Shown: positions 24,038 to 36,600 of the stretch, in pieces
Layout: each line of letters starts with the position of its first letter
Position numbering within the stretch: position 1 is the stretch's first letter
DNA from: Coniocarpon cinnabarinum
Taxonomy: Eukaryota
Length of the DNA: 50,041 nucleotides
NCBI GenBank assembly: GCA_051942205.1
Contig: JAVECO010000170.1
Location: forward strand, 1 to 50,041
Direction of reading: 5' to 3'
The notes under the pieces: model-generated
What the model was told of the DNA's origin: nothing
Database searches by the model: none
Seen by the model: the letters and a program-made list of their open reading frames with translations, nothing else
Position numbers and translations under genes: made by a program

Positions 24038-25557
24038 CTCCACCGATGCATCTTAACGATCGCGCTTCTATGCTTCATGTCCCAGGGCTAATCCTATGCT
24101 TAGGTAGTTTGATGAGTAAAGGAACTCTCTAGTCGCTCCTTCGTCAGATCCACTCGTGGTTTGAGTACAGCCACTGGCTTTTACTCTCACACGCGAAGTC
24201 TCTAGTATAATAACTCATGCAGTGCTGAAAAGGTGGAATGATTTTTAACAATGAAAAATGTTATTTATTAGGGTAGTCCTAGCCGCGCCATGCAATCAGT
24301 GGGTTGCGACGGAACAGATAAGCCGCAAGACTAGCCAGATTTACTGTACGCCTGATATTAGATGCTATGGTAGGAGCAATAACCTTTATTCATCATGGTC
24401 TAAGACTCTGGGCTGATGAGCCAAGCTCATCCCGCAGCACTTAAGGATCTCCAGTCGCAAGGGATGCCAGCGCTCCGAGAGGTCACGCAGAAGCCCAGCG
24501 TCCAGAGTCCCAAGCGAATAAAGGGATTGTATTGGTGAAGGGCTTGGACACCCTTTCTCAGACATCTCAATCGGGACTCGATAAGCTTTGTGATCGACTT
24601 GCTTTGCCGTACAGTGATTGATGTTGATGTCCTCGAAGTGAACACACAGGACACGCAGGAGGCCGCAGATATACGATTCTGCACAGTTCTGGCACTTGAT
24701 CGCGATAGCGGCATTTCTCCTTTAGGCGAATGTGCCCGTACCAGCACGCCCAGTATTCGCACCTATCGGTCAGTCAGTGCGGCGCTCTCACCGGGAGCAG
24801 CCGGTCCCTTGCAACACTGACATGTTCAGATGGCTGATAGCTACGATAAGGTTGAAGTTCTTTGTTGAAGTTCTTCTAACAAAAATGTTTCCAAGATGCT
24901 TCGGCAAGGAAAGAGGTTTGAACACCCTTCTAGTTGTGATAGTAGTGGTGGTTCGGGTGTAGCTGCGAAGCGTAAGTGAGAAGATAGGCGAAAACAAGCT
25001 GGGACGTGGCTCGTATCAGTCTTCCTTTGCTTGACAAACGAACATGTGATACTTGAATACGAGTGACGTCCATAACAACCACGCGACCTTGCACAATAGT
25101 TGCCTGACCGTCTACATCGCTCCCGCAGACTTAAAACGCTGCAGCTATTGTTGATACTGATCACATTCAGGTAAACTTGCATGAAGTCCCCTAAAACCAT
25201 GGCAGCCAGAACAACTTGGAACAATGGTGTGGCTGTTCGAGTTTCTAGAAACCAACGCGCAGCAAGGCATTGGACATGAATTAGCGACGCGATGGGTTCT
25301 AGAAGTGTCACCATCGAGAAGCTTCGCCTCTGACTGTGTCGGTTGACAGTGCGGACTGCTCATTCCCTTGCACTCGGCTCGGAACGACATCGCTGTTGCG
25401 GCACTCTACTTGCATTCATCATTTCATAGTTGTGGATGCACTCCGCCCGGCATGTTTGGATGGATCTTCTTATCGAGCTTCTTCATTGACCAGCCAAACG
25501 TGTCAATGGTCCTCACCACAACGTGGCTGCGCAATGTACAACCGAATGTTGGGCGCT

Positions 25558-26557
25558 CTAACGGGAACCTCTTCTCCTTTGACGACTGCGGCCGCCGCCT
25601 CGACCGCTTCTCCTTCCACTTTGGCCTCTGACATCACCTCGGCCCTGCCGATGAGCGCTACCTTCGTTATCTGCACTTTGGCCTGCCGTTTCCGTGTCAG
25701 TATCAATCGCGGCTTCAGCGGTTCGTTGTTGCTGCTCCTCCTCAAGCCGTAACTCTTGCATCGCCCTACGAACCTCAGCATCATCGTGAGTACTGTCGAG
25801 TGTGTACGGGTGAAACGTTGAATTATTCAATAAGATGTCTGGAAAGCGTACGTTGTGAATATCTGCAAAAGGCTGAGAAATCTGCTCCGGCTGATGACCG
25901 CGTTCGTTGTGTTGAAGCCGCGTATGGGGCATTATGTTTCGTATATGGTCCAGAAGATGAGTATGATCCTGATCGTGTGGCCCGTACTCGGGAAGCGCAT
26001 CTGGATTGTGGCGGGCCCAAATGTAACGCAACGGGAGTTGAGCTTGCGCCACAGATCGTCGCGGTCGGTCGGATCGTTCCATGCGCCCGCCTGTGCCAAT
26101 ATGCCTCTGATCGGCTTCCCTCAAAGCGATACACCGGTCGTCGTCAATATCCATCCTCTCCGTAATCCACGAACGAGATCCGATCTCGTTAGGGATGAAT
26201 TTTACTACTACGTAGGGTAGAGACCACTTCTTCGACGAGATGCGCGGGCCCGGCCAGGCTAGATCATCATATATGCCTCTATGTCCAACAGCTAGTGAGC
26301 AAAGCCCCAGCGGACACTTAGACAACTTACTTGATTAAAACACGGCTCAAGCATTCTGGTTCTAAGTGGACTGCTTTGTCTTGAATGTAGCTTACATTGT
26401 CGAGGTAGATCGAAAGCCTGGTTTGAATCAGTGCTTGCATTCGCTCGGGGAGAATTGCCCTCGGATGCTTGTAGACAAGAATCCAGTGCTTGTTGGCGAC
26501 GTCTCCGACAGCAATCTCCCCGACATCGTCACTGTATATTGCGGTATCGTGTACCAT
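25558..26557 (-). CDS. Orphan spliced protein with acidic stretch and Arg/Gly-rich tail (5' end uncertain)
   Basis: Intron 26330-26279 (GTAAGT..TAG) joins ..SRVLIK to GIYDDLAWPGP.. in frame; the protein ends GRGDVRGQSGRRSGRGGGRSRQRRRGSR. Confidence 0.5.
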
Positions 26558-27815
26558 AGTAAATGCTCTGGACCGCAAGAAGGCTGGTGAAGGCTATTTC
26601 TACAAAGATGAAAATGCTGTGGAAGCGTCTGCTGAGTCGAGAAACAACCTCTTCAAAGGAGCCTTCAAAACACATTGCAATAGTTCTGACGGATGGCTGC
26701 AGCTCCAACAAGTATATATCCGTCATCAAAGTCGGGTAAGAAGACTTATTTTCCAGTTCGAAACAATCAAGTGTTGACATCACGTGACTTATATGACTAT
26801 TGCATATGTAAATTGCAATCGTCATTTAGAAGTCTCGGAAATCACATGCAGATGAGGCTATCTCAGGGTGATCATTGAGTGCTTTTGAGGGCCCGGTAGT
26901 TGCCGGTATAGCTCTGCGTCTTCACTCATCTCTGTTTATGATCACAGGTGCTCATCCGGTGAGGCGCAGACTGCAACGGAGACAGAGTCCAAGGAACGCG
27001 AGTGTTTTGACGAGCACCATTTGCTCCGATTGCCCATTCGGACGTTTTTGTGAAGAGAAGAGAGAGGCGCAACGAAATCGACTTTTGGCCGCACAGGTGA
27101 ACCTGCCTGGGCGTACGTTGCACTTGCTTAAATTGAAGACACATGACGAGTACAGCTTTTCGACGTGATGATACCAACAGCAAACATCGCGCTATTGATC
27201 GCTGTCACGGATCCGAACAAGACGCAATGAAAACGCGAGGAGAGGGGTCCGAGGTAGGGAAATAAGGTGCAGACGTCACGTGGCATCATCTTCGATCACG
27301 TGTCGTGTATTGCGGGCCATTTCCGTTCCTTCATTTCCCTCGCCTCCTTTGGTTTTCCTCGTCTTCTCCCTTTCACTTACTGGAAAAAGTTGGCACTCGC
27401 GATATGCTCGACAACGATAGCGTGTTGTCAAATTTGGCTGTTATCGAACAGTGAATAATTAAACTAAGCTGATGTAGCGCGTTGACGTAGCTCCTCCCAT
27501 CGCGACGTTCTTTCCAGTATTTTTGTATGCATGAAGTCGGAGAAAGAGTAGCCAAGCATGCCCAACTTCAAGAGAGAAGAATAAGTAACTCCCTTACATT
27601 GGCCGAGCTGAGCCTTACTGCAATGTGTTGGACTACCGAGTAGTCACTGAAAACAGCTTTGTTCGCTCGAGGCGATCTGCGAATATTTCACAATTCGACT
27701 CTAGTGAGCCGTTCTGTAAGTGAATCCTGCATTGATAAGCGTTACAAGCTTGAAAGGCAAAGATGCTGCGGCTAGTCACACACAGCGCATGTCTTTGTGC
27801 GGTCCCGCGAGGCAT

Positions 27816-28397
27816 CTAACCAAGCTCGACATCCACGGGACACTCCCTGCCTTCATACGCTGCATTCAGGATCAAGGCCCCACTGAGCAGTACCGGCTCC
27901 CAGGTAAGCATCAAGTGCGGCGTGAGATCGCCGCGGTAAGTAGCGATCAGAGTCGCAGTGCCCATCAATTGGCACACCACTGTCCTGAGAACGTACTGAT
28001 CCTGAGGCGTGATCACGCCGAGTCCGGCGGTGGCAAATGGCGACCTCCCGTACCGGCGATGCGCTCGAGCCAGGCGTACACAATGCAGCGAGCTGAAGGC
28101 GACAGCGGACAGAGCCAAGCCGATAAGCAAGAGCACATCTCTTGGCTTGTGGAGTGTTTGTTTAATCGGCGTTTTAGCTGGCTTGGCGAACTCGACCCCA
28201 AGCCAAGTGAAGCTGAAGATGGCCAAGAGTATCCCGATCATTACGGATGCATACGGGCATAATAATCTCTTCCAGTTTTTGGTGGTTGTGAAGACGACTG
28301 GTCCAGCAGCAACGAGGCTATTGATGGTGGGACGGCAGACCAAGGAGCTGCTACTGCCAAACCAGGGCGAAGAGGAGGTTGGAGTTGACTTGTCCAT
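27816..28397 (-). CDS. Small 4-TM membrane protein, family member 3 (subfamily B)
   Basis: ATG at 28397; LLAIFSFTW..TPIKQT..AFSSLHCVRLARAHRR..GVITPQDQYVLRTVVCQLMGTATLIA..LTWEPVLLSGALILNAAYEGRECPVDVELG. Confidence 0.8.
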   Translation of the reverse strand: MDKSTPTSSSPWFGSSSSLVCRPTINSLVAAGPVVFTTTKNWKRLLCPYASVMIGILLAIFSFTWLGVEFAKPAKTPIKQTLHKPRDVLLLIGLALSAVAFSSLHCVRLARAHRRYGRSPFATAGLGVITPQDQYVLRTVVCQLMGTATLIATYRGDLTPHLMLTWEPVLLSGALILNAAYEGRECPVDVELG

Positions 28398-31366
28398 GTT
28401 AGATGCGTAGGCTGTGATTGCCAAAAGCTAAGAAGTACAGGAGGGTGGGATGCAACGTCAGATGGGTTTGAAAAGCGATCATTCCAGGCCGAGCGCGGAT
28501 CGATGTCTATGACAAGCTGCACATAAAGCATCCAGAGGTCGAGCCTCGTGGTGAGAGGAGATAGTCTTATACCAAGTGGGACTTTTGTTGCGCAGCGTAA
28601 GGGGATGGAGCTAAGTCAAGACAGGAGCCGCAGTGGCGTGTCATTTGACAGAGAAATTCAGAATACCTGAAGTCTGCAAGAGCTACGTGACTAAGCCGTT
28701 TGCTAGTACGCGGACGAGAAGTGTGTCTGAGGAGACGAAACGGCAAGGCGCAGCATGGATGGGAGGATCTCTAGCATTTATATTTTCAGCGTACTTGAGT
28801 GAAAGTACGTTCCACAGACCAGGCCATGTTTTATCCCGGCGCTCGTGGCACTGCACATGCAGCGACACGATTACACGTGGTCCGTGCGGCTTTACCTTTA
28901 CAGTGCCCGCATTGTGGCTTTGCAGCTCAACCAATTAGCTACAACCTGAGGCGTGGGATGTCCTCCCGCGTAGGGTTGTGTCCTGCTGTGAATGAATCAT
29001 TTCGACACCGGTTGCCTAAGGCTTAGACATGCTTCTGTGCGCACCGTCTTATCGCACGGTCTTGGCTCATGCGCCTGGAGTTGGGTGTTTCATTCGATGA
29101 CGCGACGCCCGGTCTGTTTGTTGCCCGCGTTACCGGTTCAGCGTCGCCGGACGAGCCAGGCAGATACCCGAACGTTTCCTTAGAATTGGGCTGCGTTCGT
29201 CGTCACGACGGGGCGCCCGCAGAAGCAGCTTCAAGTTACTGCAAGACTTGCTTGCAAAACATGGGCGGACTTTTCTTTAGCGACCAACGTGTCCGACAGA
29301 ACGGGGGTCCCATACGGATCCTGGCCCCAGGCGTCACTCGAGTTAGCACTATATATTCCGACCACTAACAAGCCTTGGTGACTGCTATTTGCCTAGACTA
29401 CTTCAGTCATTAGTGTACAAACTGTTCGTGCGACCCTCGCTGAGTCCAGTAGCTTGATGCGGCTGTTGACGAGATTCTTCGTTGCACGACGATCTTTACG
29501 CTTGCTAGCTTCAAGATTTTACCGGGCTGCCCGCACGGGACCCTGTTCCTATCTGGCAGGGCGATTCCACCCGCGAGCATCCTCACGCGGTCGCTCGCTG
29601 AAATATATGAGCATCGTGGTAGCTCCTCTAAGCCGACGTCATGTTTTAGTTTAATCTATCTTAGCGCTCATGCATTGTAAAATGATCTACGCACCACTTC
29701 CTACTCTGGCAATCCGTGCACTCTCCTCTGTCCGTGCGGCTCTACTTTTCCTTCGCACCGTTTGCGAACCTACTTTTGCCTATGCGTCCGAATTGCATGC
29801 CCCGCCTCACAATCGAGTAGCCATAATTTCTAGTGGCTATCGAAGAATCGTTGTTCTCCGATCATAGTCACATGAACCATGACTCATGACGCCTACCGTA
29901 GACTCTGAACAAATGTGAATGCGTGACTATTACCCAATGTGTTTCATGTTACTACCCACACAATTCCAGATCCATCACACAAACTTCACATGCCAGCAGC
30001 TTGACTCGCCTTAGAATGCAAAATCGTCTATGGTCACCTCGAGGCTATTGCTAGCAGGTATTCTGCCACTGTGAAACCAACTTGATAAGCCCCGAGCGGG
30101 CGCGATTGCTCTCCATAGCATCAGGGTTCTTGTTTCTCAGCGAAAAGCCACGAGTCAGGGTTACTACATCGACTAGCCTAATTCCAGGAATGAGGGCAGC
30201 ACGCCTACACTCCTAGGCGGACACTCACTTCGGACGGTTCGCAGGGCTCAAACACGTCGCATTCGAACACAAGGCGGAGCTCCACACCAACACGTACGCA
30301 GTTTTCAAAGTCACTGTTTTTGGCTCGACACAATCCGATTGTGTGCTACTGGTCTGGAAACAGGGGCGACGTGGGGCTCGCAGAACATGAATAAGGTTCA
30401 GACAGGTCCAGGGGTCTGATCAGATTCTGGCACGCTGCGCAACGGGAGCTCGGATGCGCCAGCTTGGCGTACCGATGCAATCTGCCGCGATAGACGCCCC
30501 TTCGCTGATAAGAGCGCGACGCGCGTCTGTCGCCTAGCTGAGCTTCAGGTGAAATCTGCCCTCTCCTGACCTTGTTGTGGTCGACGTCAGCGTCCGGAGT
30601 ATCCATGCGGCAAGGTCGTCGAGCGAGCCTGCGCAATGGCTTTTGCATGACTGATGCCACGCAGCGACTACTTGACCCGCGTCTCGTGAGACTCTCTGGG
30701 CCCTCCTCTCACGCTGCGGTGCAAAAAGTCGCTCCTCCCGTTTACTCGCGCAAAGGGCGCTATCGACCATTCATCGAGGATTCTGGCTCCGAGCTGCTCG
30801 CCCAATGGAAGGGACTCAATGCTTAGATGCAACACTGGCGCTTGACTACTGCCAATTCATGGAGAGGGACATCTGATCCCGATATAGAGAGAGGCAAGTA
30901 CAGCGTATGGCTTGGGGATCCGTCTGCTTTTAAAAAGCTGGTTTCGTGCAACGTTTGTATCGTCGTGATGTCATTAAAGACCTTTATATTGCGTCCCCAC
31001 ATGGTCCAATGGGTGGCAGGTGGCCTCACTTCTAAATACATCTCACTTTTTCGACAAGCTAACCTCATGACCCCCTGACGAAAATATCATAATAGTAAAG
31101 ATACCGCGGCTCTCGAACATGTGTCATTCCGTCAATGCTGGCCAGCTCGTCGATATAGAGGACTTTGACAACAACAATGCACCCACGAGCACTTTCCAGA
31201 GTTTTCCAGTCACACCATGACCTTGCGAAATGAAAGAGGACGAGAGGAGCTTGGGCCAAGTCAATTGTAGACGAGTAGCTCACATGGAGACAAATTCTTG
31301 TCAGCTCAAGAGTGGTGATCACAGCCGAGTCGACAGCTTTGCACGGAAATACATCGCTGAAGTGCA

Positions 31367-31924
31367 TTACCCCATCTCGATATCGATGGGAAATTCGCGA
31401 CCTTCGTAAGCGGCGTTGAGGATGAGTGCGCCGTTCAACAAGATCGGCTCCCACGTGAGGGCGACATGCTGTGTCATGTCCTCGCGATGCGAGGCGATGA
31501 GAGTCGCTGTCCCCAAGAGTTGGCACACCATCGTCCTCAGGATGTACTGATCCTGTGGTTGCAAGACCCCGTAATGTGTCGTCGGTGGTATGAGACGTCG
31601 ACGATGCGCTTTAGCTAATCGTGTATAGTGAGTGCTCGCAAACACAAAGGCGGCAAGGGACATAGCGAGCAACAAGATGAGATCGGATGGATGCTGCATG
31701 GTATGCTTGATGGGAGTCCCAGTAGGCTTGCCGTACTCGACAACAATCCAGGCGAAGCTGAGGGCGCCGAGCAAGAGAGCACAAACGACTGTTGATTTCG
31801 AGTAACACGCCCGGTAACAGGACTTCGCGCCGGTTGTAACAAGCGTGCCACCTCCCGAGATGGTGGAAGAGGAACGTTGCAGCACGAAAGTGCCCACCTT
31901 TGTCGGCCACGTGGAAGTTGCCAT
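31367..31924 (-). CDS. Small 4-TM membrane protein, family member 4 (subfamily B)
   Basis: LLGALSFAW..TPIKHT..FASTHYTRLAKAHRR..YGVLQPQDQYILRTMVCQLLGTATLIA..LTWEPILLNGALILNAAYEGREFPIDIEMG. Confidence 0.8.
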   Translation of the reverse strand: MATSTWPTKVGTFVLQRSSSTISGGGTLVTTGAKSCYRACYSKSTVVCALLLGALSFAWIVVEYGKPTGTPIKHTMQHPSDLILLLAMSLAAFVFASTHYTRLAKAHRRRLIPPTTHYGVLQPQDQYILRTMVCQLLGTATLIASHREDMTQHVALTWEPILLNGALILNAAYEGREFPIDIEMG

Positions 31925-33303
31925 GGCCGTGTCTATGGTTGGTGGTCAGGGTACGGTCGATGTTGTCATCGAAGTAGAGGGCGAGCCTCGTAGGTCGCTG
32001 AATGCGTCGTCGCGGAGAATTGACAGCCGATAGGGCTTTCAGAGGCTTGAGAGAGGCCAGTCACTGGGGACCAATGTTTAGAAGGCGAACAAAATGGTGC
32101 TCTGGAACGAGTATTGCGCTGCTCCTTCAGGTGAATATATACAAGGGTGCAAGTGTCATGCAGCAGTAGTGAGATGCAAGAATACCAACCAACACACGGC
32201 GTGTATTCTACACAAGTGCTTGAAGAACTTCGTATAGGGACAGGAAAGAGAAAAGCAAAGACAATCCGAGATGCGAGCGTTGTTGCATTTGTATTCTCAG
32301 AATGCTCCGAGTAGGGCGGAGATCCACCGCAAAGGCAAGCAAAAGCTCACTGTCGTTTGCCCTGCCACAACATCAACTGCGTTTTCATAACCATCGAGTC
32401 CGAGCTCTGTCATACAGTTTACAGTCACGGACCTGGGGGGGTTGAGGCTTGGAGGCCCGCACTGTAGTTTGTACCTAGTGAATTTTTTTGGTCCCGCCCT
32501 TCTGATTGGTCTAAACCGACATCGTTCCCATTTATGCCTCGTGAGCAAGCTCGCTGCATGTGTAAGTCGATTCCACTTTGCACGCTTCCGTGATGCCTGC
32601 ACTGGACACGCACGCACGCTTCACACGAACGCGCTGCCTCGCCAGTCTCGAGCATGGACCCTTGCCAGCACTTGACAGTCTACAGAAACCCAGATTCGCG
32701 AGTGAGCGCAGTTGACGCCCGACACGCGTCTCAGACCCGCTAGTCCCCTCGTGCTAACGCCCCATCGGAAGCTGCATGGCTGCAAGTCGTCTGCGCCCCT
32801 ACTTGTCATCATGGCCCACCGACTGCCCGCGTACTGCCCGTGTTCTGCACCGGCCACCAGCGGGCCCTCATTCGGCAGCCAGTTGCACCATCCCTAGCAA
32901 GGGCCGCCACTGGCCAGCAAGATCGCCCTCATCTGAGACGCTCGCCCTCTGCATCAGCAGAAACCTGCCCCCTTCCTTTTCGGGTGTCCCCCTGAGCATG
33001 CCACTCTTTGCATTGCATTTCCATTCCTGTCAAAGACAACCAGGGATCAGGTTGCATTACATCATCGTGGAAGCTGCCTTGGTGCAAACGACATGTGACA
33101 TCGTCTTCGCCATCGTCTGCGCATTGCAATGCTCAATTGCCTTCCTGGGTCGCAACATGTCGGCTTTTTCCCTCCCTCTTGAGGGCTTGAATGCCGAATT
33201 GTATGGTACATAAAGATGCGCCAAATACCGCTATGGACAATCCGCCTGTTGACAGTCCTGTCAGAAAGCTGACACCCATGTCGGTAGGTGCTAGGGTGCA
33301 TTG

Positions 33304-33370
33304 AAACGGGTTTAGTTTTTCAGATGAGATGTCGCGGAGGACATTCTCATCTGAAAAAGTAAACCCGTTT
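33304..33370. repeat. ~30-bp near-perfect hairpin with 6-nt loop
   Basis: AAACGGGTTTAGTTTTTCAGATGAGATGTC-gcggag-GACATTCTCATCTGAAAAAGTAAACCCGTTT (one mismatch, one bulge). Confidence 0.9.
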
Positions 33371-33890
33371 TGGCGAGTGTCAGATATTCCGTACCTCCAG
33401 CTGCTTTCGCCTCTCGCCGTCTGCTCTCAGACCTAGTCGAACCACTGACGGGTCCTGCACGCCCCGCATCGCTCGTCCTGCTCTTGACGCGTGCGAGTCC
33501 TTTGACTCGACCTCGATGCTACTCAAAGCTGACCATGATTAGCATCCGACGGCCAATTATAACCAAAATCGAGTATTGCGCGAATGCGCACGCGTGCACT
33601 ATTCGCTAACAGGTTTCTGCACTTGTGCACGCATCGAGCGTAGATCCACCTGCTCGTATGCGCAAACACGGGGTGCGAGTCGACAATGCTGCGAATCCAC
33701 GCACTTCGAGTCAACACCTTGACGTATCAACCATGCCATACCATGTGAGGCCTGTGCTGTATGTTTCGCAACGCGTTCCCCTTCATTTCCCTCTATGCCC
33801 CTGCCAAGTTGATAACAACGACCAGGCACGCATTTCACCCTAAAGCAGCACTGTATCACCGGATCCACAAGGAACAATATCAGATCAGCA

Positions 33891-34784
33891 ATGGCTCCCG
33901 CTCGCCCAAGATCGCCATTGGCGTCCGTCTCCAACAACGCCCCTCCCCTATGTCCCCATCACGCCGACAATAAAGCCCATGAAAAGACCACCGCGGAACG
34001 AAATCCAACCGGCGACCCCGCCGATGTCGACGTGAATGGCATGATCATTGATAAGAACCCAGACCAGATCCGCCGCATGATCAACACGCACATCGAGTCC
34101 GGCGCGTGCAAGGTCGGCGAGTTCCAGCGCGCAATCGGCGTGAGCAGTAATGGCTACCTCCGCTTTATGCATCAGTCCGGCCCGAGTAAGGGCTTAGGCT
34201 GCGACGCGTATATCAATGCATGGAAGTACTTCAAGCAGCGCGAAGTCGCAGGCATCCCGCCTCCGCGCAAGACCGCCGGCAAAAAACGCAAGAGCGACGA
34301 GAGTGAAACTGCCGCCGATAGCGGGTCGAAGAAGCAGAAGAATCAGGACAAAGGAGATGATATCTCTGATGTCCACCTCGACGACGAAGACGAAGATAAA
34401 GTTCCCATCTTTGACACCTGCACTGACGTCCGCCGCAAGATCTCGGCGCACTTGCGCAAAGAGGGCGTCACGACGGCGGGCTTCTGCCGCGACCTTTCGG
34501 CACAGTATCACACTGATCGCTCCTCTGGCACTATCCGCGCAAGTACGCTGCAGACCTTTCGCGGCAAGAGCAAGCCCATGGAGGGCAATACGAGTCCCGT
34601 TTACTACGCCGCGTACGTCTTCTTCGAGAAATTGCGCATCAAGGAGGGCAAGGCCAAGGGCAAGCACCGCGTCGAGATGGAGAAACGTTGGCCACAAGGC
34701 ACGCATACGAATGTCGACTTCCACCAGAGGGGCATCTGGGCGCCGAACGACTCTACCTTTGACTGGAACAATTACGGAGAGTAG
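33891..34784 (+). CDS. Conserved fungal protein with two internal repeat domains (DUF7726-like)
   Basis: Intronless 297-aa ORF with GC-rich codon usage. Two related units (DQIRRMINTHI..KVGEFQRAIGV..Y..AWKYF and DVRRKISAHL..TTAGFCRDL..VYYAAYVFFEK) are separated by a basic KKRK linker. The DUF name is from memory. Confidence 0.75.
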   Translation: MAPARPRSPLASVSNNAPPLCPHHADNKAHEKTTAERNPTGDPADVDVNGMIIDKNPDQIRRMINTHIESGACKVGEFQRAIGVSSNGYLRFMHQSGPSKGLGCDAYINAWKYFKQREVAGIPPPRKTAGKKRKSDESETAADSGSKKQKNQDKGDDISDVHLDDEDEDKVPIFDTCTDVRRKISAHLRKEGVTTAGFCRDLSAQYHTDRSSGTIRASTLQTFRGKSKPMEGNTSPVYYAAYVFFEKLRIKEGKAKGKHRVEMEKRWPQGTHTNVDFHQRGIWAPNDSTFDWNNYGE

Positions 34785-36340
34785 TTTCTGAATGGGAAGA
34801 AAATTTAGAGGGGAGGGAAGGCATACGCCTCGAGCAGACGATGAAGATGTTTCAGAGAAGCCACAGGGCAAGCCAGAGTGTTTTGAATATTTGGCAGCTT
34901 TCGTTTAGTAGACTCGTGACGTTTGATAGTGCCTTCTCAGGCTTGCTTATCACACATTTGCAGAAATGGGTTTGTGGCATTTCTCCGTTGAAAACAAATG
35001 TTCTTGTTTCAACGGCTTGTGACAGCGATCGACGATTCCTATCTTCCTTTTTGAAAGCTCGTGTCGAGCAACCTCTTTTCGAGTCTCTGCAGTATGATTG
35101 AAAGGCACAGGGGCTTCGATGTCTGTCTCAGGTGTCTGAGATGGCCAGATTCTCATCCCGTCAAACGTGGCACGCTTGGCCTTGTTCAATATTCGCAAAA
35201 CTTCCCAAGAGTCTCAACTGGGTGTTGTCCATCTTTGAGCTTCATCTGGTTCCGATGACGTGAGTTAGTCCTGACGTATAATACTCACAGACGCGAGGCC
35301 AACAAATTACGTTCCTACAAGGATCTACACATTTCCCGTCGAAGAGGCCAATTTCCTGTCCATTCCCTGCAGTCCGATTTGAGGGGCAGATCGGCGTCCA
35401 GCACATGTGTCAAGAATGTTGTTGATGCATTCCAGAGCCCATAACTGCTAATATTTGAACCATATAATGCTCCATATCCCAGGAACTCCTTCTTTTTCCA
35501 TACTCACAAGCGACCAACATTCAAACACAGTCCCAATTTCCAGAAATAGAAATCACGAACCAAAATGCCTTCGAAATCTGGCGCGACATCCCAGATGAGT
35601 TCATCAGACGCAGGTCGCATTCAGTCCTCACAAGTAAGCAACATTACAAATAGACTTTGGATCTGTTCCATGTGTGTGCACCAACGCTGATCAATGGAAA
35701 AGGCCAGAACAGGCGGCGACATGTCCTCAGGTGGCTTCGCGGCGCGTGCGCAGTCCGCTGCTGCTCATAATGAGGCTGGTGGACAGAGTGGCACGACTTC
35801 GAATAGCGCGGGTAGTGGTGCGGGTTCCACTTCTGGGCAGAAGTGAGATGGTAGAGCATGATTTCGGCATCTTCGTGTTGGGTTGGAAGGATGAGGTAGC
35901 GTCAGACTCAGTAGCTACACATGAATACACACTCGTTGATGATTTGCGGATTCGCTTCCTAGCTTTAGGCTAGTACATACCTGACAATCAGGCAGCGTAT
36001 GCATTTTCGCAGTTGGTTTTTCGTACTTTGCAATTAAAATGTGACGGCTCCATGCGCTCACATATTCGTCAGTCTGCTAGCGACCCTTTCAAGCGCATCT
36101 GCAGAGGCTTATTGAATCAGTCGTGAGGCCAAATCGAAGAGTTTGTATATTAGCGAATGTGTTGCGCTTTCGAGCTGTTTTCGAAGCTCCTTGTCTGCGC
36201 TGACCGACCTGGCCATTGCTGTAGAGCGCCATTTTGCACATCTAGAGATGATGAACCGATCGCTGTTTTCTATCAGCTTCGCACGATTCAATGCCCTCGA
36301 CATTCCTTACAGATGTTCTAGCCGGCCTTTTGACTGCTTT

Positions 36341-36600
36341 TCGCCGCATCTTGAATTTTGCCACACCTAATCTTCATCTCATCTCCATCTCATCTTATTC
36401 TCGCCACACCTTATTTTAACGTCGTCTTTACCCTCGCCACACCTTAATTTTACCTTACCTTAACTTTTGCCACACCTTATTTTAAGCTTAATTCCATTCG
36501 CCGCACTTTATTCTCGCCACACCTTAAATTAACGCGGTACCACAGCTTTTGCCCCGCACCTTAATTTGCGCCCCACCTCCTCGGTCGCCACACCTTACTT
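36341..36600. repeat. Array of GCCACACCTTA motifs
   Basis: Exact copies at 36403, 36436, 36469, 36516 and 36587; degenerate copies near 36342, 36360, 36500, 36552 and 36570; AT-rich spacers. Confidence 0.85.

Noticed and set aside
24427..25314. Possible minus-strand gene
   Set aside because: Short ORFs with no recognisable motif and no convincing splice model.
26100..26170. DIDDDRCIAL as a DDKWFAYL family match
   Set aside because: Too short and weak, with no other shared motif.
28600..31300. Many short ORFs
   Set aside because: No motif or codon signal; treated as intergenic or unresolved.
34194..34871. 225-aa antisense ORF (and similar antisense ORFs over other genes)
   Set aside because: Shadow frames of GC-rich coding sequence.
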